Shown here: piece after piece, positions 31,741 through 41,642 of the stretch
Numbering within the stretch: the stretch's first letter is position 1
Layout of the letters: each line of letters opens with the position of its first letter
DNA from: Oligoflexales bacterium
Lineage (GTDB): Bacteria > Bdellovibrionota_B > Oligoflexia > Oligoflexales > Bog-1112
Length of the DNA stretch: 64,000 nucleotides
Assembly: GCA_045106415.1 (NCBI GenBank)
Contig: JBGCEP010000025.1
Coordinates: 1 to 64,000 of the forward strand
Direction of reading: 5' to 3'
Made by a program: the position numbers and the translations under genes
Notes under the pieces: model-generated
The model's database searches: none
Seen by the model: only the letters and a program-made list of their open reading frames with translations
What the model was told of the DNA's origin: nothing

Positions 31741-32451
31741 TTATAACGCAGGAAAACCAAGAAGATCTCTAAGTAATGCGGTTTTTTTAAAGTGAGGTAG
31801 ATGCCCTAGGTTTTGCGTTTTAAATAGGCTTATCTCTAGGCTTAAACCTTTTAAAAAATTGATGTTTTTTGGGTTTACGCGAAGGTCATTATTATCAAAA
31901 AAACCATGAACTCGAATACTGAGAGGTCTTTTTAAGGCTTCGATATAACCCCATAAAGACTCTAGTTGTTTGTTTTCATAAAGAACTTGATGGAGTGGGC
32001 TGTTTGGTACGTAAGGGTGGAGTTTAATAAAAGGAGTGTGCCAATATGGACGGAGTATTCGCTGAAGAGGGGCTGCAATTACAATAATTTCAGATATTTT
32101 TTCTGGATAAGTGAGAGCATAAGCAACAGTTAAAGTTCCCCCATAAGAATGACCAGCGATAATAATTTTATGTCCTTTAGGGATGCTAGAAACCACTTGA
32201 TGCAGTTTTTGTATTTGGTGCTTCCAGTGTAAAGAGGAATCATATCGGTTGTAGATAATGGTTTTTATATCAGGATTTGAAAGAGCAAATATTTTATAGT
32301 GATGAGGGTTGCTTTGGGTTCCATGAACCCAAATAAGGTAGGGTGAAAGTGCAGAAGATGCCCACGTTTCTAAGTGTTTACTTTTTTGTGTAGAGCATGA
32401 AGTCAAAGATGATAATAAGGCAATCATAAGGATTTTAAAACAATTAGGCAT
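31741..32451 (-). CDS. Alpha/beta hydrolase lipoprotein
   Basis: Lipobox LTSC; VHG, GHSYGG, D and GH triad positions. Confidence 0.85.
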   Translation of the reverse strand: MPNCFKILMIALLSSLTSCSTQKSKHLETWASSALSPYLIWVHGTQSNPHHYKIFALSNPDIKTIIYNRYDSSLHWKHQIQKLHQVVSSIPKGHKIIIAGHSYGGTLTVAYALTYPEKISEIIVIAAPLQRILRPYWHTPFIKLHPYVPNSPLHQVLYENKQLESLWGYIEALKRPLSIRVHGFFDNNDLRVNPKNINFLKGLSLEISLFKTQNLGHLPHFKKTALLRDLLGFPAL

Positions 32452-32522
32452 AGAGTTCTCAGTGCAGTCGTAGACCCATTATATAATGAGACTATAGTTT
32501 TTGTGTTCATTATGGAGTATTT

Positions 32523-32909
32523 ATGAAAAATTTTTTGTTATTATCGTGTTTTACCATGCTTAGCCAGTTTGCTTCGGCAGCGAATGAAGTGTTTTTTTTG
32601 AGTACGTCGACAACGTCAACAGCTGTGGGTTATATGTTCTATACGTTGATTCAGAATGGAGGATCACCAGAGCAAGAAATGGCAAAGTTCATACAAGATA
32701 ATGAATTGCATCTTGTCCAAGAGATTGCTACTGGCCGTGGTTCATCTCTTGAGGCGCTAGCAAATCTGGCTGGAGTGCAAGGTGTCCAGAATAAATTTGA
32801 TTTTTATCATAAGGTGAAAGATCATATTGAAGTGCTTTTTCCTGTTGACCAATCTATTGAGTCTCATGTACTTGCTAAGAAAATCCTTGTTCTTTCTCGT
32901 AGAGCTTAA
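32523..32909 (+). CDS. DUF3015-like secreted protein
   Basis: Signal ASA; FIQDNELHLVQEIATGRGSSLEALA pattern; adjacent to DUF4105 gene. Confidence 0.65.
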   Translation: MKNFLLLSCFTMLSQFASAANEVFFLSTSTTSTAVGYMFYTLIQNGGSPEQEMAKFIQDNELHLVQEIATGRGSSLEALANLAGVQGVQNKFDFYHKVKDHIEVLFPVDQSIESHVLAKKILVLSRRA

Positions 32910-32943
32910 AAAACAAAGGCACCTGTTTTTTTCAGGTGTCTTT

Positions 32944-34641
32944 ATGATTTTTTTATATAGTTCTAAAGTTTTTGCGGTTTATATTAATGAAGATTGGAAA
33001 GCTCTTCTACATTATAGAAAAAATTCAGCAGAAAGCTTAATTGAAGACCACTCTTTTTTTCTACACCCAGATGGGCATAGAGATCCTCAAAAAGAGCTCG
33101 ATTTTTTTGTGAAAAAATGGACATCTTCACTCAAAAATGCTGAAGATTTAATGTGCCTATTCCCGACAAGGGTGGCATGGATTTTAGAGAATGAACCTCA
33201 ACTGGATATTTATAAGCAAAAGGCTAGATATTGCTCTGACCTGTTGGATTTTAGAGAGAAAAATAAAGCAGAATCTATTGATTTTATATATGCAACTTCT
33301 TATTTAGGTCATCCTGCCTCTATGTTTGGCCACGCATTTTTAAGGCTAAAACAACGAAATGTGTCCGATTACAGATCTCCTGTGATTGATTATTCAGCTG
33401 AAATTTTAGGTGATCCTTCTTTTTTAAGTTATGCCTATCAAGGCATTGCGGGTTATTTTTCAGGACGATACTCTATTGGTCCATATTATAGAAAAAAACA
33501 TTTATATGCTTCTATGGAAAACAGAGGATTGTGGATTTTTTCTCTTAATACTAAACCTTTAGAGATCAAACGTTTAGTCGACCATGTCTGGGAACTTAGG
33601 CGAATTAAAAATCGCTATTATTTTTCAAGCCAGAATTGTGCCTATAATATTTTGAGATTAATATCAATATCAACTCGGAATTATGATGTTATATTTGATC
33701 CTAAGACAAGAATTTTCCCTTTGGATATTATTCACAAATTAGAAAAAGAAAATATGATTACGGGTGTGAAAAATGAAGAATCTCTTTCTTCAGAAATCCA
33801 AAAAATAACCTGGAATTTATCTCAGAAACAAATAGATCATGTTTTTAAATCTATTAAAAAAGATACCTTTCAAGGTCTTTCTTCTTTAGAGCTTGATTTT
33901 GCAGCGAAATGGATCCTATATAAAAATCGTCATCATATAAAAGAACTTGAAAACTATGAAAAAACAAAACAATCATTAGTTCGTGTTGCTAGACTAAGGT
34001 CAAAATATCCTTTATATGTTGCAGAAAATAAGAACTCTCATTCTGAATCACCTCATTTATCTCATGGAGTTCAGCGGTTACTTTTCTCAGCAGGTCGGGA
34101 TGTTCTGCGTCTTGAATATAGAGTGGCATACCATGATGCATTAGATCCATTGCGAGGTTATCCTTTAGGTTTGAGCCTTGAGTTTTTTTCATTAAATTTC
34201 CAGAGTGATTTTGAAAAAATGTGGTTGGATAATATGCGACTTTTTAAAATGACATCGTTATATCCCGTCGGAAAAGTTTTTCAAAAGATAAGTTGGGATT
34301 TTAAATTCGATATTTTTTTTGATTCCTATTTTATCTCTTACCTTCAGCCGGATGTGTCTATTGGAGGAGCATATCTATTAGGAAAATTTTTAAATTATGG
34401 CTTGTTCGGTGTGCAATTAAAAACTCAGAAGAAAGATATGTTAAACACTTATATCAAATTTGGAACTATGAGTGATTTTGATAAATGGAAATTTTTATAT
34501 GAAATTATTCATTATTCTCAAAAAAGTCTGGAGCAAAAAATATTTTTAGGCTGGGGAGAGGAAGACTATCAATTATTTAGTGAGATAAAAATATCCAGAG
34601 AAAAATTATCGATGAATTATGGAATGAAAATATTTTATTAG
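32944..34641 (+). CDS. DUF4105 / Lnb N-terminal domain protein with C-terminal barrel-like region
   Basis: WKALLHY, CLFPTR, PASMFGHAFL, ENRGLW, YYFSSQNCAY, AYHDALD; ends in aromatic residue. Confidence 0.8.
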   Translation: MIFLYSSKVFAVYINEDWKALLHYRKNSAESLIEDHSFFLHPDGHRDPQKELDFFVKKWTSSLKNAEDLMCLFPTRVAWILENEPQLDIYKQKARYCSDLLDFREKNKAESIDFIYATSYLGHPASMFGHAFLRLKQRNVSDYRSPVIDYSAEILGDPSFLSYAYQGIAGYFSGRYSIGPYYRKKHLYASMENRGLWIFSLNTKPLEIKRLVDHVWELRRIKNRYYFSSQNCAYNILRLISISTRNYDVIFDPKTRIFPLDIIHKLEKENMITGVKNEESLSSEIQKITWNLSQKQIDHVFKSIKKDTFQGLSSLELDFAAKWILYKNRHHIKELENYEKTKQSLVRVARLRSKYPLYVAENKNSHSESPHLSHGVQRLLFSAGRDVLRLEYRVAYHDALDPLRGYPLGLSLEFFSLNFQSDFEKMWLDNMRLFKMTSLYPVGKVFQKISWDFKFDIFFDSYFISYLQPDVSIGGAYLLGKFLNYGLFGVQLKTQKKDMLNTYIKFGTMSDFDKWKFLYEIIHYSQKSLEQKIFLGWGEEDYQLFSEIKISREKLSMNYGMKIFY

Positions 34642-35021
34642 GGTGTGTTGATATTTCATAGGGGCAACCATAAGTACAGACATGCCATTGCCAGCATTCC
34701 TTCGAAGTTCTGCTGCAATTTCTCAAATCTGGTCGCTATAGATCGAAATTGTTTCAATCGAGAGAAAACATTCTCAATAAGGTGTCGATATTTGTAAAGA
34801 TACCAATCAAAGCTAGGATTTGTTTTTTTTGAATTTTTCGTGGTTGGTATAAGATGATTAGCACCTTTTTTTCAATGAAATATCTGATTTGATTACTATC
34901 ATAGCTTTTGTCTGCAATGATTTTTTCAAAATTTTTTAGATCTGATAGTCATTCATTAGCCACTTTGCTGTCATGAACTGGATCGGCAGTAATTTTGAAT
35001 GCAATGGGAAGCCCAAAGCTG
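34641..35021 (-). mobile_element. Truncated IS5-family element (3' end of transposase, degenerate)
   Basis: End GGGTGTGTTGATATTTC; closely similar to 38988-39370; encodes ADKSYDS and YKYRHLIENVFSRLKQFRSIATRFEK. Confidence 0.88.
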
Positions 35022-35499
35022 CAGCGATTCCCGGTGATGGGTTTAATTTCATGATTACGTGACGCCAAATTAACTGGGTCTTAGCCCCCTCTCACGTAAC
35101 TGAGTGTCAGATGGAATATTATCTAGATGAAAAATATTCTTCAAATTTTTTTTAAATATTTTTTCCTCTCCGCGGCAATTCACATCAAATTGCAGTAGTG
35201 ACTCGTATTTTAATACAAATACAGCAAAACCCGACATTAAACAGTTTGTTAAGGAGAAGTTAGTTTGTTTTCCTGGGTCTTGTGTTTTATCAAGGTTGAC
35301 CTTTTCAAAACATTCTCGAATCGATTTTGTTAAGCCTTTGTATGAAAGGTGTTTTCTTACCGTAGCTGCCATAGAATTAACCAAATATATTTTTTATATA
35401 AAACCGGGTAATTGTACGTGATTTAATACAAAAAGTTTACGAAAGAATATTCTGGGACGTCGAGAAGAGTGTGCTTTTCAGGGTAGCCGGGAATTGCTT
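35022..35499 (-). mobile_element. Internally deleted IS (ISNCY-like) with transposase N-terminal fragment at 35070..35384
   Basis: Inverted repeats AGCGATTCCCGG (35023-35034) and CCGGGAATTGCT (35487-35498); LTNCLMSGFAVF, SLLQFD, IPSDTQLRE motifs. Confidence 0.7.
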
Positions 35500-36599
35500 A
35501 TAGGAGTCCGACAATTGGGGCAGGTGATATCTTGGTTTTTAGATTGTTTTATCCACTCTAGGAGGCATTCCCTATGAAATTCATGTCCACAAGGGAGGTT
35601 GCATTTTAGGTGAGACAATTGTGTCAATCCCGATTCATCACCTTCTGTTGCAGATGCGCGCATGCATACACAAAATGTATCTGACTCTTTTTCTTCTTGA
35701 GTCATTGAGTTGATTGTGGTCTGGACTTCCTGAGTAATTTTGTCTGGTGAGTATCGGGGGTGTATCTCCAGGGTAGAGTCAGGGTTTTGCGGATCATCAT
35801 ATACCTCAAGCGGAGTGTCACTTAGCCTTCTTTTGTTAAATCCGTGAAAATCAGTTCTTCCCAAAAGTCTGCGGTTGTCTTTAATAGTGCAACGTCCATG
35901 GATGTCGACAATACCCTGAGTATAAATTTTTCCGACTATAGCTGCAGACTCGCGGAGTATTGTGGTCCCATTTAAATTAGCTTTTCCCGAGCAAAATGCC
36001 ATGTTTTGCATTAGAGATTGATCAGAAAGAGTGGCGTATCCTTCGAGAACCGCAAAATGTTCAATCACACTATTAGCAGATGCTATGGCATGGCCTCTTA
36101 CTTTTGCAAAATCTTTTAAAATAACTCGCCCTTTGACTTGCCCGTATTCTGTTACACTGGCGTGATCTTTGATGACAGCGTAATGAGAAACATTTGCAAA
36201 CCCAGCAATGATTGCATAATTGCGAACTTCAGTGTGATCTCTGACAATCGCTTGGTCTTTAATAATTGCGTGATTGCGGATTTTAGCTTGTCCGCAAATT
36301 TGTGTGTTTTCGCCGATGAAGACATGTTTTGTGACTTCAATTTTAAGCCCATTTAAGGTACGGTTTTTCAGAGGAACCGAAGCGGTCCGTGCAACAAACC
36401 CTCCTTTGATATAGGTTTGGCTCTTAGCGTCGAAGTTGTAAACAAAACGACCTTCTGCGCCTTGGCATGCCCCAGGAAATGCGTAGGATGAAGTCGTGTA
36501 GAGGCCAAGCCCTGCAAGACTAAGAAATAGTCCGAGAAATTTTGATGATTGTGATTTCGTTTTTGATTTTATCATAAGTAGATTATGTCGAAACCCCAC
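35478..36599 (-). CDS. Secreted beta-helix repeat protein with C-terminal RING-H2 domain
   Basis: Signal ending SYA; hexapeptide repeats (IKDQAI, VRDHTE, VRNYAI); CVC...LPCGHEFHRECLLEW...CPNCR; start probably ATG 36575. Confidence 0.82.
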   Translation of the reverse strand: MGFRHNLLMIKSKTKSQSSKFLGLFLSLAGLGLYTTSSYAFPGACQGAEGRFVYNFDAKSQTYIKGGFVARTASVPLKNRTLNGLKIEVTKHVFIGENTQICGQAKIRNHAIIKDQAIVRDHTEVRNYAIIAGFANVSHYAVIKDHASVTEYGQVKGRVILKDFAKVRGHAIASANSVIEHFAVLEGYATLSDQSLMQNMAFCSGKANLNGTTILRESAAIVGKIYTQGIVDIHGRCTIKDNRRLLGRTDFHGFNKRRLSDTPLEVYDDPQNPDSTLEIHPRYSPDKITQEVQTTINSMTQEEKESDTFCVCMRASATEGDESGLTQLSHLKCNLPCGHEFHRECLLEWIKQSKNQDITCPNCRTPISNSRLP

Positions 36600-36672
36600 C
36601 TTTTCGTCAATAGAATAGTAATGAGGTTGTGAAAAAACAATGATATCAACAAGTAAAAGTTTGAAAAAACTC

Positions 36673-36700
36673 TAAACCTTTTGACTGAAAAGTCCGATAA
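36673..36700 (+). promoter_or_regulatory. Sigma-28-like promoter
   Basis: TAAA-N16-TCCGATAA. Confidence 0.65.
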
Positions 36701-36703
36701 GGA

Positions 36704-38056
36704 GTGCTGCTTGTGGGGGTAAAATTGAAATTTTTGTGGTGTTTTTTCATATTAGTGGGGCTGGTTTCATGTGGCCCATTTTCTAAATTAAATTCTTCTG
36801 AAAAAGATGAAGTATCCCAAGGTCAACTCGATTCTGATCTGGAAATAGAAGATAAACTTCAGTTTGAATTGGTTTTTTCTCCAGATGTCTTAGAGGGGTT
36901 TGAGCTTGGAGATCAGAAGCCAACTTTAGAGGGGTTGGATGAGCTTACAAAGTCCGACCTTATTACCATTACGTTTAGTCAGGGTGAACTACAAAAATAT
37001 CCTGAGTTTCAAGGGCTTGCATCGGAAGATGGCCTTGTCCGAATTGTGACAACAACTGATGGAATAGAGTTTTTTCCAAAAGAATCTCTAGTTGAAAATA
37101 CTAGTCTTCAGTTGGTGGGAAATAATAAAAATTCTATAAAACGAAAGAAAGCTTCTACAGCTCAAAATGAACGAAATATAATAAAGTCTCAAGATGGAAG
37201 TGGTCGTGATTCCATAGAATATTTTTCTAGGGCTAATGAACCGAAAAAATTAAAAAATAAAAACCCTGATTATAGTAATTATCAATTACGATATAAAGAT
37301 GTTGTGAAAAAAAACGTCGTGGAAAATGATATTGCCTCGGTATTAAAACAACCTTTTGAGTTATTTCGGTTTACAGAAAAGAATGTTGCAAAATCCCAAG
37401 TTGCTGAAGGTAGTTTCTCGAAAACAGATGAGGATTTTTTATTCAAGAATCAAAGTCCTGGTGTTGGAAGTGGCTCAATTGCGGGCAGGGGAATTTATGC
37501 TTCAGAATTAAACACCATTCAAACCGCAGGGAAATATGCGGAAGGATCCGCTAAGAAGTACGGGCTGGAATACGGAGAGAATGCAGGGTTAGTTAAAATT
37601 ACTCTGCAACCTGGGACAAAGATTTTAGATTTAACTAATAGTGCAACTTTGCAAAAATTAAAAGAAAAAAAAATCACGGATTTTGATACGTTTTATACTG
37701 ATCCTTCTGTTGCTATTAAGTTTTCTTCTGGTGAGAAAAATTGGTGGATTATTAAAACTCGAGATCCCGATCAGGTGAAGTATTCAGCCCCTACTCAAGA
37801 GGATTTTGATAAATTATCTCCGCGAGAAAAGGAAAGAATTGGGACAAATATTGGTCCAGAAACGGCTGCGATTTTGTCAGATTTTATTCCAATAAAGTTG
37901 AAAGTAAAATCTAAGAAGACAGTTTTTTCTCCATTTGTGACCGGAGCTCGAAAAATTTCAGAAAAAGTAAGAAGCATTCCGAGGAATGCAAAACAAATTT
38001 ATCGACGTGCTAGCACTTTAACAAAGAATAAGAAAGATGAATTGTTTGCAAAATAA
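36704..38056 (+). CDS. Lipoprotein with shared leader and putative ADP-ribosyltransferase-fold domain
   Basis: Lipobox LVSC; ELFRF, GRGIYAS, AGKYA, LVKITLQPGTKILDL, WWIIK; start possibly TTG 36725. Confidence 0.65.
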   Translation: MLLVGVKLKFLWCFFILVGLVSCGPFSKLNSSEKDEVSQGQLDSDLEIEDKLQFELVFSPDVLEGFELGDQKPTLEGLDELTKSDLITITFSQGELQKYPEFQGLASEDGLVRIVTTTDGIEFFPKESLVENTSLQLVGNNKNSIKRKKASTAQNERNIIKSQDGSGRDSIEYFSRANEPKKLKNKNPDYSNYQLRYKDVVKKNVVENDIASVLKQPFELFRFTEKNVAKSQVAEGSFSKTDEDFLFKNQSPGVGSGSIAGRGIYASELNTIQTAGKYAEGSAKKYGLEYGENAGLVKITLQPGTKILDLTNSATLQKLKEKKITDFDTFYTDPSVAIKFSSGEKNWWIIKTRDPDQVKYSAPTQEDFDKLSPREKERIGTNIGPETAAILSDFIPIKLKVKSKKTVFSPFVTGARKISEKVRSIPRNAKQIYRRASTLTKNKKDELFAK

Positions 38057-38122
38057 TGTGGTGGGGATTCAGATTTCTGCTTTTCATGTATCCATATTCC
38101 ATAAGTGATTAGGGTTTGTTTG

Positions 38123-38987
38123 GACGTTGTTACATAAATTATTATTAATCTTGAGAAGATGGACACCTAGAATTTTATTCGCGAAGACAGAAGAAGTTAG
38201 TGTCTAAGATGAAGAATGCTTGCCGTGTCAAAAATTAGAAGCAATATAAGCAATCCTTGGTATATTGGGGTAGTATTACAGTTTGGATCGATAACAAATC
38301 GTTGAAAAATTGACATTTTGTCGAAAATTCGTCAAGACGGGGTCGCCCTCAAGTTTATATTGATAGTGCAATTGATGCGGCACTTGTTTTATGATCCCTT
38401 TATCATCTTCCTGCTAAGGTAGGATCAGGGCTTTCTTGAAGGCCTTTTTTATATGCTGGACATTGATATTAAATTTCCTAATTATTCGGCACTCTGTCAT
38501 AGATCTTCACGTTTAAATGTTTCTTTGAATCATATAAAAACCCCGTAATTTATCTATCTTTTGATTGATGTGGCAGGGTTGGAAGTCTTTGGCGAGGGGG
38601 AGTGGAGCATGAGAGCGCATAAAAAATTTAAAAGACGGACATGGCGTAAACTTTATGTTGGCCTTGACCGAAAAAAATTAGAAATAACCGTAGGGGCTCC
38701 CCCTTACTCCATCGGATATGCATGACAGTTTAGAAAGGCAGTCTTTGATATACGAAACATCTGGATATATTGAGGCTGTGGCGCGAGGCAAATCTTATGA
38801 TAATAAGCATACTTATAAAGCCATAGTAGAGACCAAACCTTGGTCGAGAATATTACCTAGAAGTTGGAAAGCGCCTAGAAAAAAAAGAGATCTTGATATG
38901 ATATCGCGTAACTATAATATTCGAAACTGTTGGATGTTGGTTCGTAAAGGGTAAAAAAAAGAAGTTGGTTATCATGATAGAAGATTA
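38123..38987 (+). pseudogene. Degenerate IS5-family (IS903-group) transposase
   Basis: Frameshifted and stop-ridden GSITVWID, GRPQVY, IDVAGLEVFGEGEW, RRTWRKL, KKEVGYH; cut off by the next IS. Confidence 0.85.
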
Positions 38988-39796
38988 GGGTGTGTTGACA
39001 TTTCATAAGGGCAGCCATAAGTACAGACATGCCCTTGTCAACATTCCTTCAAAATTCTGCTGCAATTTCTCAAATTTGGTCGCTATAGATCGGAATTGTT
39101 TCAATCGAGCAAAAACATTCTCAACAAGGTGTCGATATTTGTAAAGAGACCAATCAAAGTTAGGATTTGTTCTCTTTGAATTTTTCTTGGTTGGTATAAG
39201 GTGGTTAGCACCTTTTTTTCAATGAAATTTCTGATTTCATTGCTATCATAGCCTTTGTCTGCAGTGACTTTTTCAAATTTTTTTGGATCTGGTAGTAATT
39301 CATTAGCCACTTTGCTGTCATGAACTTGACCTGCAGTCATTTTGAATGCAATTGGAAACCCAAAGCTGTCGATGGCCATATGTATTTTTGTAGAGTTTCC
39401 TGCAACAGATTTCCCGATCCCTTGATCTACGCCCTGCTTTTTAACCACTCCACATCAGAGTCTGATGACAGTGTTTGAAAGATAAATTTTATCTTTGATA
39501 GTTTGCACCATTTATTGAAGCATTTATACACGGAGTTCCATCGTCCAAAACTCTTTGGAAAATCTCTCCGCGGGCACCCTACCCTCATTTTATAGAAAAT
39601 TCCTTCGGCAGTTTTTCTCAGCTTTGGCTTGTGATAAATCCTGAGTTCCTTCATTATGGAATACAGTTTCAATCAAAGCTCATCCGTGATGCATATATCG
39701 TTGCATAGAGAACCCTTTTGATTGTGTTTCTCAAAATCAGTTATAAAGGTGTTCTTTTTATTTTCAATGATTTATCTAGAAATGATCAACAGACCC
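38988..39796 (-). mobile_element. IS5-family element with both ends, transposase pseudogene
   Basis: TIRs GGGTGTGTTGACATTTC and GGGTCTGTTGATCATTTC, flanked by TA; FGRWNSVYK, TKIHMAID, ADKGYDS; internal stop, frameshift and an apparent deletion near 39445. Confidence 0.9.
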
Positions 39797-40650
39797 TAAT
39801 AACTCCGTTCAACAAGCTCACCTATAAAGTTCTGCAAAGGCAAAACTGTTTGAGTATCAAACCCACTCAAGCAATCTTTTGCACTCTGAGTGCACTGTTG
39901 TGCATACTCCGCAGCACTTACTGCTCCATGACAAGATAAATGAGTCAGTTTACCCTGCTCTTTATCTTTTCCGGTAGTTTTACCAATATGACTTTGAGTA
40001 TCTAACCAGTCATCAACCGCTTGAAACGCCAATCCAACCTTCAGACCAAAATCTCTCATTTTTTCAACTGTTTCAACGTTTTCAGTTGCACACCAAGCAC
40101 CCATAGCGCAAGATGCAGCTATCAATTTCCCAGTCTTATCCCTATGAACTTTTTGAAGATCTTCCCAACTGCCACCTGAACGATTTGTCCAATGCATGTC
40201 TAAAGCTTGTCCACGAACCATACCTAAACTCCCTGCTGCAGTTGCAAGCTCCCTTACAAGCTGACTTTGCACAGAAGGAGCAAGGTCCATCTGTGTCAAA
40301 ACCAAAAAAGCATCAGTTAAAAGAGCGTCACCCACTAAAATAGCCGTTGCTTCATCGTATTGCTTATGAAGAGAAGGCCGTCCTCGTCGCATATCGTCAT
40401 CATCCATCGCAGGTAAATCATCATGAATTAAACTATAAGTATGAATCATTTCCACCGCTAGAGCTGTTTTCCAAACCTTTTCAGGAGAAATTCCTCCACA
40501 AGCTTTATAGCTTAACAAAGTCAGTAAAGGCCGAACTCTCTTGCCTCCACCTAACAACGCATAACGGAAAGCCTCACCGAGAGGCTCCGCACTGTAAAAA
40601 TCACTGGCCCATTCTTTAAGCTTTTCTTCAAAAGACGCTATGTTTTTCAT
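39796..40650 (-). CDS. ispA: Polyprenyl (farnesyl/geranylgeranyl) diphosphate synthase
   Basis: GGKRVRP, HDDLPAMDDDDMRRG, GQALD, KTG, FQAVDD, GKTTGKD. Confidence 0.93.
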   Translation of the reverse strand: MKNIASFEEKLKEWASDFYSAEPLGEAFRYALLGGGKRVRPLLTLLSYKACGGISPEKVWKTALAVEMIHTYSLIHDDLPAMDDDDMRRGRPSLHKQYDEATAILVGDALLTDAFLVLTQMDLAPSVQSQLVRELATAAGSLGMVRGQALDMHWTNRSGGSWEDLQKVHRDKTGKLIAASCAMGAWCATENVETVEKMRDFGLKVGLAFQAVDDWLDTQSHIGKTTGKDKEQGKLTHLSCHGAVSAAEYAQQCTQSAKDCLSGFDTQTVLPLQNFIGELVERSY

Positions 40651-41642
40651 AAAAACCTCGGACCTGAACCCACACCGTCTTCTAAATAGTGTCGATTGCC
40701 AATCAAATCTTTTACCAAAGATAAAGCTTCAGGCACACATATCACATGAACATTTGCACCTGCGTCAATCGTAAAATATGCACCACAACCAGTTTGATCT
40801 CTCAAGATACGTAGATCAGCTAGAAACCTCGAAGTTTCAGCACCAAAATATGCGACAGCAGGATCCGCAGTCATCATCACGGCATGCATTTCCAAACACT
40901 CCGCTTCTAAAAGAGGCCCAAGCTCATGAATCTCCTTACGAGACAATGCTTGTTTCATTTGGTTTAACCGCTGTTGACAACCTGCAATTCGAGGCTCAAA
41001 TAAAAGAGACCTTTCTGCTGCAAGGTGCGCTTCTGATGAAGAAACTGTTTTCTCATCTTCAGAAAATAAAACAACTAAATCTCTCAGGTTCCATTCACTT
41101 TGCGGTTGATAAACCTCTACATACATATGATCAGGACTTTTCTCACGCAACCATTGAACATACCCACCAAAAAGGCTTCGTCCTGCACTCCCTGAGCCTA
41201 AAATAGCAAGCTGTGATAATTTATGAGCACCACCCACTTTTTCACTTAAACTTTCAACATCTTTTAAACCTGTCCATGCTGATAACGCACTTAAAGTTAA
41301 AGCTGCCATTCCACTTGCACTACTTGCAATGCCACTGCCTGTGGGGAAATTATTTTCACTTCTCACTTCAAGAAATTCATTCCCACCAACCACTCCCGCA
41401 AGAAGTTTTAAATGAGTGAATACTTTTTTTCCCTGAGGATCCGTTGCTAAATATTCTTTACCATTCAGCCAAAAACGATGTTTTTTTTCTTGAGACTTCG
41501 ACACAGAAGTCGTTGAACCCAGAGAATCTAGCGTCATAGACAACGAGTCATTCGCTGGCCATTGCCGTTTTGGGTCAGATTTTCCCCAGTATTTCAAAAA
41601 AGCTATATTTGTCGGAGCAAAGACCTTCACCGGTTCCATCAC
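40647..41642 (-). CDS. mvaD: Diphosphomevalonate decarboxylase
   Basis: NIAFLKYWGK, NNFPTGSGIASSAS, GSGSA, FTIDAGANVH. Confidence 0.93.
   Translation of the reverse strand: MMEPVKVFAPTNIAFLKYWGKSDPKRQWPANDSLSMTLDSLGSTTSVSKSQEKKHRFWLNGKEYLATDPQGKKVFTHLKLLAGVVGGNEFLEVRSENNFPTGSGIASSASGMAALTLSALSAWTGLKDVESLSEKVGGAHKLSQLAILGSGSAGRSLFGGYVQWLREKSPDHMYVEVYQPQSEWNLRDLVVLFSEDEKTVSSSEAHLAAERSLLFEPRIAGCQQRLNQMKQALSRKEIHELGPLLEAECLEMHAVMMTADPAVAYFGAETSRFLADLRILRDQTGCGAYFTIDAGANVHVICVPEALSLVKDLIGNRHYLEDGVGSGPRFL

Noticed and set aside
38123..38150. XerD-like arm TTATGTAAC on the minus strand
   Set aside because: Coincides with the IS903-like terminal repeat and lacks a correctly spaced second arm
39427..39448. 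Programmed frameshift in the IS5 transposase
   Set aside because: The junction seems to lack the segment with the first catalytic Asp and other lesions exist, so decay is more likely
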